A DNA stretch of 64,000 nt from an uncultured virus (IMG/VR IMGVR_UViG_3300030109_002585) (lineage: Duplodnaviria; Heunggongvirae; Uroviricota; Caudoviricetes), in the IMG/VR virus record IMGVR_UViG_3300030109_002585, one strand, 5' to 3'. The translations under genes were made by a program, and so were the position numbers. A model generated the notes under the pieces. The model saw only the letters and a list, made by a program, of their open reading frames with translations, did no database searches and was not told the origin of the DNA. Of this stretch, positions 1-10,900 are shown one piece after another; within the stretch, counting starts at the first letter, position 1; every line of letters starts with the position of its first letter.

Positions 1-23
1 TTTTTACTTGAATAGGTGATAGC

Positions 24-893
24 ATGACTTGGAATTGGTACGATATTAAAAAGCGAACAGAAATGGATAGAAACCTAAACAGGGTAAAATCAGAACAAGA
101 GATTCAAGCCGAAGCCGATGACAAAGCAAAAAGAATGAAAGATATTCAGGCCCGTTATAATGAAGCAAAAAGAATACAAGGACTTCCTAAATTACCTTCT
201 GATGAAGCAATAGGCCAAGCAAAAGACCCAAGGGATAAAAAAAAGGAAAGATTGGCTGAAGCCGGTAAGTCTTCACCAAGCATGTTTAATTTGGAGGCGG
301 AAGAAAGTAAGCGTATAGCAGAAAATCTGTTAGAAGAAACTAAACCTAAACCACCTGTTAAACCTAAACCACCTGCTCCCCCTAAACCTCCTAAATTACC
401 TACTAAGTTACAAATGGAAACAAGTCAAATAAACGAAATGCTAGACGAACCGGATAAGCCCGTATCTGAACCTGAAGAACCTGCTAAACCTGAAGAACCT
501 GCTAAACCTGCTAAACCTAAAGAATCCCTTTCATCAAGAGCAAAACGATTAGTGGACAAAGGGAAAAAAATGAGAGATAGAGTCGGACATAGGCTTATTA
601 GAAATCTCAAACCTTCAGGAAACCCTAAAAGAATTACAACAGGTGGTCGTAAACAACCTACAAGAATTACAATGGGTGGAAAACAACCTAGAAAAATTAC
701 AACGAAAAAACAACCTAAACCGGCTACTTCATCTAAACAAGAGGGTGGGTCAGAAAAGCCTAACCCATTACAAGGAAAAAAGTTTAGTGATATGAAAGCC
801 ACAAAACCTAAACCTAAACCTAAACCGCTTAGTGGTGATGTTAAAGGACAATTAAAAGACTTTAAGATAGATGATGTAATTACGAATGATTAA
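24..893 (+). CDS. Pro/Lys-rich low-complexity hypothetical protein with MxW-type N-terminus (possible virion protein)
   Basis: 289-aa ORF with PKPP/EEPAKP repeats; begins MTWNWYDIKK; GGTGA RBS just upstream. Confidence 0.6.
   Translation: MTWNWYDIKKRTEMDRNLNRVKSEQEIQAEADDKAKRMKDIQARYNEAKRIQGLPKLPSDEAIGQAKDPRDKKKERLAEAGKSSPSMFNLEAEESKRIAENLLEETKPKPPVKPKPPAPPKPPKLPTKLQMETSQINEMLDEPDKPVSEPEEPAKPEEPAKPAKPKESLSSRAKRLVDKGKKMRDRVGHRLIRNLKPSGNPKRITTGGRKQPTRITMGGKQPRKITTKKQPKPATSSKQEGGSEKPNPLQGKKFSDMKATKPKPKPKPLSGDVKGQLKDFKIDDVITND
468..518 (+). repeat. Short in-frame tandem repeat (gaacct/gctaaacct units) encoding EPEEPAKPEEPAKPAKP
   Basis: Visible directly in the sequence. Confidence 0.7.
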
Positions 894-1107
894 TATGTTC
901 GACAAAATACCAATCAGCGAATTTAAAAAATATTTAGAGATTCAAAAAGAAAGACAATTAGCCATGCAAGAATTATCAGAAGTATTAGGTATTGATGTTA
1001 GTTTTAGTAATGAAGAAGTATTAAAAAATGCAGAAGAAGCCTTTGTCAGAGCAGTAAATAAAAAAGTAAAAAAGGAGATTAATGAATGGATGAAGTCTCG
1101 CTTCTAA
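886..1107 (+). CDS. Hypothetical protein
   Basis: 73-aa ORF overlapping both neighbours in the structural operon. Confidence 0.55.
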   Translation: MINMFDKIPISEFKKYLEIQKERQLAMQELSEVLGIDVSFSNEEVLKNAEEAFVRAVNKKVKKEINEWMKSRF

Positions 1108-1595
1108 TTGATTTAGTAAGTAGTAAATGGGCTTCTTCCGCTACTACTTTACAAAGTGCTGGCACTATTTCAGCAGACCATGTAGGTACTCCTAACTTTG
1201 TTGATGTTAGAACATTAGCAAAGAATAAAGGGGTTAGATATGATTTAACCGCTAAAGATGTAATTATCTTTTTTGAAGATAGTCAAAATATAGAATACCC
1301 AACAGTCACCTTTGATATAAGAAGTGAAACTTATACATTTACTATGCACATACGCACGATTCACGATGAAAGAGCCGGAACGGATGCTGATTTCGGCAAA
1401 GATAGGCTAAGGGCTTTATACTTGATTGCTCGTCATGCACTTGAACGGGGTCGTACAGGCTACACTGCAAGTGACGGTTCTAACTTTAATCAAGTATTTG
1501 TTGGCTCAAGAACAGAAAGTAATGACCGTTCAAAAAGATTATTTGGATATAAATTAAACATTGAAACAAAAAGATTCGCATTAGCACTCCCTTAG
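1086..1595 (+). CDS. Putative tail terminator/neck protein
   Basis: 169 aa; directly upstream of the major tail protein; size and synteny typical. Confidence 0.45.
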   Translation: MDEVSLLIDLVSSKWASSATTLQSAGTISADHVGTPNFVDVRTLAKNKGVRYDLTAKDVIIFFEDSQNIEYPTVTFDIRSETYTFTMHIRTIHDERAGTDADFGKDRLRALYLIARHALERGRTGYTASDGSNFNQVFVGSRTESNDRSKRLFGYKLNIETKRFALALP

Positions 1596-1624
1596 TAAGT
1601 TTGTAAAGGAAAGGAGAGGATAAC

Positions 1625-3202
1625 ATGGCAGTTGAAAACAGTAGTATATTTTTAGGTAGCGGCGCAACAATGACAATGGTTCCAGAATTGGACTTTTTCT
1701 TTAAAGCGCAAACAACAAGCACGACAGCAATTCAGATTGAAACAACCAATGCGGTTCAATTTCAATTAGTTGATGATATGTATGTTGGCTGTACTCTTGA
1801 TTGGTATGATGCTGGGGTTTATGCTTCTTCTCATACAATTACTGCAAATGACCATGATACCTTTACAATTACACCTGCTACGAGTGCGGCGGTTGACGCT
1901 TCAGCAGATGAGTTTGTATTAAGAGCATATGGCGCACCTTGCCCTGCACCCGATTCAGATAATGACGGAACAGGTAAAACAAGACTTCATGCCGACAATT
2001 GGTTAGGATTAATCGAAACTGCTACATTTCCTAACATTGAAGTTGAAATGAAACAATTAAATCTTTCTCTCGGTGGTACAAGAAACTTTACTCATCAATA
2101 CAAAGGTATTGAAACCGCTTCTGGCGGCAACTTGGCTTTGATGTGTAATCATGTAACTTGGCTTTATTACGCATTGGGTCTATGTACTCAATTATCTGCC
2201 GCCAATGCTACTGTTGACCCGCCCTCTAATTATCATACCGGAACTGCGGCTGATAAATTGTATTTCCACAATAAAGATAGTAACACTTCACATGTTAATG
2301 AAGGACCATTTATTTATCGTGTTAATTCAGTAAGCGGGGCTGACCACATTGTTCCTCCTATTCTAAATACTGTTGAAGATACTGCGGCCGATTTAGATTC
2401 AATGGTATATCCTGTTACTGATTCATCATTAATTACATATAAGTTTGAAGAATCTAATACTGCCCACTTACCTTCTTTTGCTCTTGAATATTCATTAAGT
2501 AAATTGGCTACAAATCCTTATCAGTCTGATAATGATGCTGATGCTGAAGATTTAAACTTCGTTAGAGTAGCAAGAGGAAATAGAGTTAATACTCTTACAA
2601 TGACCGCTAATGAAAATGAAGAATTAAAGATGACATTAGACCTTAATACAAGGGCAGTTACAGAAATTCCACAGGCTATGGCAGTAGGAACAGGCTATGA
2701 ATCAAGGGGCGGTCAAGCAACCAATTCAAGTTTGTTTAACTTTACAACAGATGAAGGTCACTTGGAACCTTTCTTCTTTTCAGATGGTTCGATTAGTATA
2801 TACGGAAATACATTCCTAAAGATTACTAACTTTACACTAACTATTAACAATAACTTACAAGATAAGAGATTCGTTGGTGTTGGTAGTAAGTCTATTAAAG
2901 ACGGCATTCCAGCGCAAAGAACATATGAAATCGCTATCACTGCTTTAGTAACTGATGATACTTTATTCACAGAATTACTAAATCAAAATGAGAACAACGA
3001 TACTTCCCAATCTTTGACATTAACATTCAGTAAGGCGAATACTCCTTCCGAAACCTTTACTTTAGAGTTTGACGATTATTTCACTACTGCGAATACATGG
3101 ACTGTTCCTGACGATAAAGGACCGATTACTGTTGAAGCAACATTAATGCCTAGAACATTGACTAATTGTACTACTACAACCCATTGGGTTCTTCAAGGGT
3201 GA
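1625..3202 (+). CDS. Major tail tube protein
   Basis: 525 aa, Thr-rich; C-terminal half (ITNFTLTINNNL...RTYEIAIT) resembles tail tube proteins; precedes the chaperone pair and tape measure. Confidence 0.7.
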   Translation: MAVENSSIFLGSGATMTMVPELDFFFKAQTTSTTAIQIETTNAVQFQLVDDMYVGCTLDWYDAGVYASSHTITANDHDTFTITPATSAAVDASADEFVLRAYGAPCPAPDSDNDGTGKTRLHADNWLGLIETATFPNIEVEMKQLNLSLGGTRNFTHQYKGIETASGGNLALMCNHVTWLYYALGLCTQLSAANATVDPPSNYHTGTAADKLYFHNKDSNTSHVNEGPFIYRVNSVSGADHIVPPILNTVEDTAADLDSMVYPVTDSSLITYKFEESNTAHLPSFALEYSLSKLATNPYQSDNDADAEDLNFVRVARGNRVNTLTMTANENEELKMTLDLNTRAVTEIPQAMAVGTGYESRGGQATNSSLFNFTTDEGHLEPFFFSDGSISIYGNTFLKITNFTLTINNNLQDKRFVGVGSKSIKDGIPAQRTYEIAITALVTDDTLFTELLNQNENNDTSQSLTLTFSKANTPSETFTLEFDDYFTTANTWTVPDDKGPITVEATLMPRTLTNCTTTTHWVLQG

Positions 3203-3207
3203 TTAAC

Positions 3208-3330
3208 ATGGTTTCGTATAATGATAAATATAGGGCTAAATTAGAAAGACTGGCTTCTGAAAAGAAGAAGCCTAAAACAGTTAAGACTGAGGTAAAGAAA
3301 GAGGAACCTAAGAAGTCTAAACTAGAATAA
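3208..3330 (+). CDS. Small Lys-rich hypothetical protein (40 aa)
   Basis: Read manually as MVSYNDKYRAKLERLASEKKKPKTVK...; GGTGA RBS upstream; below the ORF-track cutoff. Confidence 0.5.
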   Translation: MVSYNDKYRAKLERLASEKKKPKTVKTEVKKEEPKKSKLE

Positions 3331-3380
3331 TATTCCACCAACACCGTTTGTTCGTTTGTTGGTTTTGTAGGTGGAAGAAT

Positions 3381-3746
3381 ATGTTAGATAAAAAAATTAT
3401 AACAGATAAGAATGTGCTTTTTGCACTGAGCGAATCGACACTACATCACATTAAAGTGTCACCCGAATTAGATGAATACCTAAAGGTATGGATTAAAGAA
3501 CCTACTTGGCTTGAAACCGAGAGGGCACTTAATTCCGTAATGAAAATTGATTCTCGTACTCAATCTTTTGACCTTGACCTAAACGCTATGTATAGGTATA
3601 TGGTTGAAAACTTTATAGAAAAGACTGAACCTTCACTAAGTACAGTGGATATGTTGCGTCTTAGCCCTTATGTGGGCAACCAATTAAAAGAAATACTCCC
3701 TAATCCTATGAATATGATGCAGGGGGATGAAGAAAAAAACGATTGA
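3381..3746 (+). CDS. Tail assembly chaperone (gpG-like)
   Basis: Lies between tail tube and tape measure; ends with slippery A AAA AAC; ATG at 3381 preferred over the TTG at 3348. Confidence 0.7.
   Translation: MLDKKIITDKNVLFALSESTLHHIKVSPELDEYLKVWIKEPTWLETERALNSVMKIDSRTQSFDLDLNAMYRYMVENFIEKTEPSLSTVDMLRLSPYVGNQLKEILPNPMNMMQGDEEKND
3734..3740 (+). other. Programmed -1 ribosomal frameshift site (A AAA AAC)
   Basis: X XXY YYZ heptamer in the correct frame; a -1 shift enters ORF 3743..3949. Confidence 0.75.
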
Positions 3747-3949
3747 TTAAAGATGTATTTAAGGGTAAAAAACACAGCCCTAAAATATCATCTTTAATCG
3801 TGGTTTACATGCTCGCTAAAGCATTAGCGATAAGCCCATTAGAAATATACAAAATGCCAACGCACTTAGTTTTAGATTTATTAGCGGTTCATGCAGTTTC
3901 AGAAGAATTTCAAGCAGAAGCATTAGAAAAGATGAAAAAACAAAAGTGA
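3743..3949 (+). CDS. Tail assembly chaperone frameshift extension (gpT-like)
   Basis: In the -1 frame relative to the upstream ORF; only a TTG start; directly before the tape measure. Confidence 0.7.
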   Translation: MIKDVFKGKKHSPKISSLIVVYMLAKALAISPLEIYKMPTHLVLDLLAVHAVSEEFQAEALEKMKKQK

Positions 3950-3958
3950 GTTGTTAAT

Positions 3959-6088
3959 ATGGCTGATGAGATTTCTGATGTAGTTAATGACCTAAATGCT
4001 TTGAATACTGCTACTCTTAGAAGTGCAGTGGAATTTTCAGGTTTTACTAAATCAATTACTCAAGCCGCCGCAGGTGCAGATGGCGCAAGTAAAGCATGGA
4101 CTACATTTAGTCGCTTAGTTTCAGGTAGTCCCATTTGGGCAGTACAGAATAAATTAAGAGCATATTTGTCTATTTTAGCGGCTTTTGAGAATACATCAAA
4201 GGCTAATGTAAAGGCTATGAAAGAAGAAGATAAAAAGTTTGTTCAGAAAATTCATAGCATGAAAAGAGTCAATAAACAGCATCAAGAAATGAATGAGTAT
4301 GTTAAAGAAAACATAAGATTTCAAGTTAAGCATAAAGTTAGTTTTGAAGAATCCTCTGATAGAATTAAAACTTACAGGAAAGACATTGAAAAATTAACAA
4401 AAACTTTGGAAAAGGAACAAGCGGCTGAAAGAAAGGCTATTCAACAGAAAAAAGAAATGGCGGATAAAATTGAGGCAGATATAAAATCAAGAAATATCGT
4501 TGACGATTTAGCAAAAAGGTCAATGAGACTTGCTATGAAACTCAATAAAGAAGTGGAAACCTACACTGAAAAATTAGACAATCAAATTGCGTTAAAAGTA
4601 AAGGAAGCCGAAAGTTTCAATGCAAGCAGAGAGTCAGCGCAACAATATACTGAACAAATAGAAGAAGCAGTTAAAAATACAAAAGAATATGCTTTGGCTA
4701 TTGCCGCAGGTGCTACTGAACAAATGGCTTTTGCTGAAGGAACCGTGCAATTAAATGCTAGATTTAAAGAATTACAAAAGGATGAAAAGAAACTAACTAG
4801 AGCCGCTAAAAGCGCATACGCTTTTGATACTAAAAGAGCATCAACAAGAAAAAAATTAGCAAGAGAAAAGGCTAAAACCGCAGGTAAGGGCAGATTAGGA
4901 CAAATGCTCGCTGGAAGAACAGGTGCAAGAAGAGAAAAGGCACAAATGGCTAAAGAGCAAAAAATAATAAAAAGCAAAGAGATTTCTGAAAATGCCCAAA
5001 TGCTACCTAGCATAAAAGACCTAGAGCCATTAATGAAGTTAGGCGCACCCCTATTTGCTATATTGAAGATAGCAGGGGATAGAAAGAAACTACAACTCAA
5101 AATGATTAAATTCACCAACAAACTAAAGGGTGGATTAGATATAGCGTTTAGATATTTCCTGTTTGGAGTATTAGCAATAATAGCATTTATGACTTTAATT
5201 CCTGTATTCTTTGCTATAAAGAATGCAATAAAACCATTTATGGGTGACATCAAACATTTCGGTGGGAGGCTGTTAGACTTCGGAAAAGATATATTTGATG
5301 TTATTAAAACCTTTATGGATGGAGATTTTGATAAAGCAATTAAGATGATAGGGCCGTTAGTTGATACAGGAATAGGTTTATTGATAGATTTTGGAATGGG
5401 TCTATTTACAATAGGTAAAGAAATACTCTTTGCATTAATTGATATGGGAATAGAGTTTGTTCATAAATTCTTTACTGACCCTGAATTTAGAGAACCTATT
5501 GTTAAAAGATTATTTCAAGTCGCAAAGATTATTTTAGCCGCATGGTTTGTTAAAACAATATTAGCAAATGCAATACAATTGGCGGGAATATACCTTATTC
5601 CCGCTATGATAGCAATTGTTATTGCGGCAGTAATATACAGGGCTTGGATGCTTTTGGTTGATGAATACGCAAGCCTAGTAACTCATTATGTTGAAGGTGT
5701 TTCTAATTATCTAGAGAGGATATGGGATTACATTCAAGAGGTATGGAAGGGGTCAAAAAAATTCATTAAGTTTGTAAAAGACGGAATTATGAATGTGTTA
5801 GATGCTTTAGATTGGGATTTACTGCACACAGGAGGGGTTGCTTCAGGAGGAACCACTATGGTAGGTGAAAGAGGGCCAGAATTAGTTCAATTACCTAAAG
5901 GTGCAAGAGTTTACAATAATCAACAAACTCCATCAATGTCTAAAGGCGGAGGCAATACTGTCAATAATTATATCACAATCAATGCAAAAGATACTTCGGA
6001 CCAAGAATTAAGAAGAATTGCGGATAAAATAGGTTCTATGGTAAATAATAAAATTAATAGGACTACTTCTTCTAGAACATTCGGGTGA
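3959..6088 (+). CDS. Tape measure protein
   Basis: 709 aa; coiled-coil with hydrophobic segments; C-terminal HTGG...VGERGPELV motif common in tape measures. Confidence 0.8.
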   Translation: MADEISDVVNDLNALNTATLRSAVEFSGFTKSITQAAAGADGASKAWTTFSRLVSGSPIWAVQNKLRAYLSILAAFENTSKANVKAMKEEDKKFVQKIHSMKRVNKQHQEMNEYVKENIRFQVKHKVSFEESSDRIKTYRKDIEKLTKTLEKEQAAERKAIQQKKEMADKIEADIKSRNIVDDLAKRSMRLAMKLNKEVETYTEKLDNQIALKVKEAESFNASRESAQQYTEQIEEAVKNTKEYALAIAAGATEQMAFAEGTVQLNARFKELQKDEKKLTRAAKSAYAFDTKRASTRKKLAREKAKTAGKGRLGQMLAGRTGARREKAQMAKEQKIIKSKEISENAQMLPSIKDLEPLMKLGAPLFAILKIAGDRKKLQLKMIKFTNKLKGGLDIAFRYFLFGVLAIIAFMTLIPVFFAIKNAIKPFMGDIKHFGGRLLDFGKDIFDVIKTFMDGDFDKAIKMIGPLVDTGIGLLIDFGMGLFTIGKEILFALIDMGIEFVHKFFTDPEFREPIVKRLFQVAKIILAAWFVKTILANAIQLAGIYLIPAMIAIVIAAVIYRAWMLLVDEYASLVTHYVEGVSNYLERIWDYIQEVWKGSKKFIKFVKDGIMNVLDALDWDLLHTGGVASGGTTMVGERGPELVQLPKGARVYNNQQTPSMSKGGGNTVNNYITINAKDTSDQELRRIADKIGSMVNNKINRTTSSRTFG

Positions 6089-6723
6089 TTAAGATGGCAT
6101 ATGTATATTTAAAGACAGGAAAATTTGATAAAGACTCTAATGATTTAACCATTGACACTATTCCATTGAATGTTACATCAGTAGGGGTTGCAGTAAGCAA
6201 AACTATTCCTTCTTTTCCTATTCCATTTTCAGGAGTAGTTACCGGAGAATCATTAACCGCCGCATTAGATTTAGGAATGTGTACCAAGACAATTGATTTG
6301 AGCGGATTTATTTCTGAAACTTCTATTAGAAAAACTAGAACCCCTGCTTCCGGTGGAACAGAAGTTAATACTGCTTTAACTTACACTGCTCACGAAATAG
6401 CACAAATGATAGCATCAGGTGTGGACTCAACCGGATTACAGGATAACCAATCTATGAATGAATTAGTTATTTTGATGCCTTCTAAAGTTAGTAATGCCTA
6501 TGCCGCTAGAACATCAACACTAGTACCATTTAATTTTGCATCTAGAGGTACTGCTGGTTTTGGTGACAATACAGGAGTAGCATTTAAAAAATCAACATTT
6601 CCTGATTCTCAAACTGATACCGGTATGTCAGGTTTTATTCGTAGTTTTTCTTTTAATATGGAATCAGAATCAATTGATTTAAGTTTTAGTATGCAGTTTG
6701 AAGTAGCAACAATAGGACCGTGA
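6085..6723 (+). CDS. Putative distal tail protein
   Basis: Synteny directly after the tape measure; beta-rich. Confidence 0.45.
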   Translation: MIKMAYVYLKTGKFDKDSNDLTIDTIPLNVTSVGVAVSKTIPSFPIPFSGVVTGESLTAALDLGMCTKTIDLSGFISETSIRKTRTPASGGTEVNTALTYTAHEIAQMIASGVDSTGLQDNQSMNELVILMPSKVSNAYAARTSTLVPFNFASRGTAGFGDNTGVAFKKSTFPDSQTDTGMSGFIRSFSFNMESESIDLSFSMQFEVATIGP

Positions 6724-6727
6724 TACG

Positions 6728-7984
6728 ATGTATGAAGTCTTAACCGGAAAACAACGCTCTTTGGTTTTTCCAATTATGTGTAATGCTTTCGTTAAGATGG
6801 ATTATTCGGATAATGTACCAAATACAGGAGATTCTGCAACCTACGATGATGTAGCCTACGGGCTTTGGGCGCATGAGGGTTCATTTTCCTTTGAAGCATT
6901 AATCACTCCGTATGAAATTAATGGTAATAGTACACATCAAATCACAATTGACCACGCCGCTACCGCATTAGGAGTAGGTCAAAGCAGAAACGATAGCAAG
7001 AAAATAATGGCAGGGCTATTACAAGATACTTATGCTTTAGGCGATAGCGATGCTAATGACGAATCTGAAATGCAGAATGAAAGATACTTAACTAGAGCAA
7101 ATAGAATAACTCATGAAATGATGATTTTTAATAATGATAATTTCACAATATCTTTGCTTAATGCTACTACTCACACTCAAAATAATCCAGCAGAATATAA
7201 AATAAAAGCCACAGTTAAGATAGGAAGTACCACTAAAACAGTCACTTCTGATATTGTAATTAAGCCAAGTCAAGGACATGGGTTTAGATTTAATGGTACT
7301 AATGGAGCCGCCCTATTTAGTGGCTTCGATGATAAAGGAAGAGTAATGTACGCTAAAGTGGCTGAAGTACATAGTGGAGGTTCTAATGACAATATAGACA
7401 TAATTGTGGCTTCCGCTACTAATCCCTTATTTGCAACCCAAGAATTATTTATTAGGGGCGATATTGCAAATGAACCTGCTTTTGATACTGGAACATCTTT
7501 TATCTCTCTTGGGACTATACATTCGGTTGCTGGTACTGACATAGAGATGACTAGTCCAACGCCACAGATGAATGGGGGTACTGACCTATATATCCCAACA
7601 TACAAACATGCGGCCTACATAGACCAAATGTTTCATGTAGGTTGTGTTTTTAATAATAGAACTAAACAAATATCTTTGTATCTTAATGGAATTTTGATTA
7701 AATCCGATACTCACGGAGAAACTTCTGATTTTGTATTCTCTAAAACAGACACATATATAGGTTCTAATGGATTAAATGATACTTCGATTTCAGGAATAGA
7801 AGATAAATTAGGCGGCGGCACGGCTTCAGGACAAGATGCGGCTACAACATGTAAGCAATTTATGGGTGAATTTCATGAATTAGCCATTACTGGAAATACT
7901 TCAGAATTTTCTATGATAGACAATCTTATGCCTAACTTTAACGATACTCTGCTTTATTTACGATTTGAAGAGGTGGATTTATGA
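6728..7984 (+). CDS. Tail protein with a LamG/concanavalin-like domain
   Basis: FSFEALITP...FHVGCVFN...LYLNG...YIGS...FMGEFHEL pattern. Confidence 0.65.
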   Translation: MYEVLTGKQRSLVFPIMCNAFVKMDYSDNVPNTGDSATYDDVAYGLWAHEGSFSFEALITPYEINGNSTHQITIDHAATALGVGQSRNDSKKIMAGLLQDTYALGDSDANDESEMQNERYLTRANRITHEMMIFNNDNFTISLLNATTHTQNNPAEYKIKATVKIGSTTKTVTSDIVIKPSQGHGFRFNGTNGAALFSGFDDKGRVMYAKVAEVHSGGSNDNIDIIVASATNPLFATQELFIRGDIANEPAFDTGTSFISLGTIHSVAGTDIEMTSPTPQMNGGTDLYIPTYKHAAYIDQMFHVGCVFNNRTKQISLYLNGILIKSDTHGETSDFVFSKTDTYIGSNGLNDTSISGIEDKLGGGTASGQDAATTCKQFMGEFHELAITGNTSEFSMIDNLMPNFNDTLLYLRFEEVDL

Positions 7985-10900
7985 GTCGTATTTTTGCAGA
8001 GGGTTCAGGGGCAGTTAGGAATGTTTCAGAAACACTTAACACTAATAGTAATACCACATTAACTAATGTTGGTGGAGTTTATTATATTGGTATGGGGGTA
8101 ACAGGCACAGGTATTCCTGATAATACATATGTTACTGCTACTTCATTGGGTTCGGATGAATTAACTATATCTCAAGCCGCTACTGCAACTGCCGAAATAT
8201 CCGCAACATTTAACAAAACTAATTATGATACTGCCACTAATCCTAGATTTAAAACATTTAATGCTTATTCAGGTAGTGAAAGGCTATACACAATAGTATA
8301 TGAACAAACTCCGTCAGGAAGTGCTGAAACTTTAGTACAACAACTAGCAGGTTCCGATAGTGCAGATACCGAGTATTCTAATTTAGAAACTACTGAAGGG
8401 TTTAAGATAATGGCTTATGACTTTAATACAGGTGTAGGGTTAGAATTATCTATGAATTTAACTAATGATAATTACTTTGTGTTGGTTCATTCCGACGATT
8501 ATACCCAACATCATTTCGCTAAAATAACTTCCACTATTACAGAAAATAATACTACTAATGGAGGAACAGTGGAAAATACTGTGGTTGGTTTTGAATTTGA
8601 ACCAAAATTAGGAACAGAGATAGAAAGAGATACTAAGTTTATGGTATTTAAGGGACCACCCGTTGCTGATACTGCAAGAGCATGTAAGTTATTAGCAGTA
8701 TCGGCAGGGATTAAAAAGGATTTACAAAATGACTTAGTATGTGCAAAGCCTTTATTTTATTTCTTTAATGATAACTTAGACAAAGATAATCAATTAGACC
8801 ACAATACTAAGTATTTTATGAAGTTCTTAGGAGCAAATGCTACCACTGTCACTCCTAGCGTAACGAATACATTTGTTACTGTAAGTGATAATAAAGCAGT
8901 AATAAAAGATTATAGTAAATATACTCACAATATAAAAATAGTTGACAATCTTAAAAATATGGATTATCCAGCCTACAAAGAAGGGGGAACTAATTTACCA
9001 TTAGCACTAGTTAATGAATGGAATGGAACCAATACTCACCCTACAACTGTTCCTTCAGTATTTACGGATTATAATGATTGTTTTCCTAATGCTAGAAGAG
9101 ATAGTGATTTAGATATTTCTTCCACTGCGGCATTAAGTGGTGCGGGTCAATCAGCACAAGTATTTACAGGACCAATTAGATATGTTCATTATGACTTTTC
9201 ACCTACAAGAGCAAATAAAGCATACAATGTATTCGATTTAAATGTATTAGATTCTTCGGAAAGCAGAGGTTCGTTTTTAGAATGTAAAATGGTGGATAAT
9301 AAAAGACTGTTAGATTCTAAATTAAAAAGATTAGATAAAATTAGAGTTAGGCATAGACTACATAAAGGAATCTTTAATGATTGGTTTGCATTAAAAGCAA
9401 CGATAAAATCTTCTTTAGGTTCTAATGAATATAGATTTACTACCGAATATGATTTAGATACCATGTTTAATGTAGGAGATGAAGTTAAAATAGGAACAGG
9501 TGCTAGTGCGCCAATTTTAATTATCGAAACAATAGACGCTATTAATAATTCAGGAACCACAGGAAAAGAACAAGATATTACCTTTAGAGCAGTAAGTCGA
9601 ATAGAAGGGACAGGGCTATTTGGTAGTAGTGGATATACTTTATCAGAAGGTGCTGTTATTTACAGAAGGGCTTGGAATAATACAGATAAAACCCTTTTAA
9701 CTACATTTGATATAATAGAAAATAGACACAATAATTTATATGTTAAATTAATATCCAGCGATTTTGGTTTCTTAGAAGCCAGTGTTACTAATTCAGATGC
9801 TAATAAACAACTATTAACTTTAAGTTTTGCAGGTACAAGTCATAGTGGTTCCGATACTGCGTTAGATTACATGGATGGCTCTTTTTACATAGAAGTGGAA
9901 AAGTTTTCGGGTGCTATTGAAAAAATACACAAGACAAAGAAAGACGGACAAACTATATTTACAATCGCAGGTAGGTCCGAAGTTAGAAAACTATTAGGCC
10001 CAATTGTAAATAAAAATACATTACATTCAGAAGACATTATTTATTCAACTAATAGTCCTTATGAAAGGTTATTTTATGCAGGTAGTGGTGTAGCGGCTAC
10101 TTGTTCGTTTAATAGTAAATTAGTAGTTTGTTCTGGAACACATAGTTTGGCGGAAGGTGATGATATTTACTTATTAGGCGGTGGAAATAGTGACACTGTT
10201 TCTTATATTGGAAGAGTTGATGTTTTGGGTGGCTTGGATGGAGATGGCGACCCCGATGGCAGTAATTCCACCACAAGAGTAGTTTTGGAAGAAAACTCTT
10301 TAGCAGAATCTAATGAGGGTACGGGCGCACATATTCTTTTGCGAAGTCATTCAAATTATTATGTTTTTAATAAAGCACTTTCTTCTAACAGAGCAGTGGA
10401 TTCTGTTTCCACTTTATCGGGAGCATCTTCTAAAGGACTATTTTTTACAGGAGGCACAAGTCAAAATTTAGGAGGAACGGAGACAGGTTCTTTAATAGGG
10501 ACTAGTTGTAGCACTAATCCAAAGGCTAAAGGATTTTATTTAAGCGATTGTTTATCTATTTTATCCGATGGTAAGTTTCAAGCCAGATTAGATGATAATG
10601 CCACAGGTACTACAACTGCCACAGATAAAACTTATCAAACATTTGATACGGTTAATACTTTATTAGATTTCACCGTATTATCTCAAACAAGAACGGATAA
10701 TAGAACAGTTGTGGAATTAGCCCCGTACATACCTTTAACTTTAGGAAGAGTTGATATTAATTATGCAAATGTTAAAGACACTACATTTAATGCTACTACT
10801 TTAGGAGTAGTCGGTGCAAGCACTATCGGTGATATGAGTTTTGTCACTACTGCCGCAAGTGCTAGTTATAATGCGTTATCCACTACGGCAAGTGCTAGAA

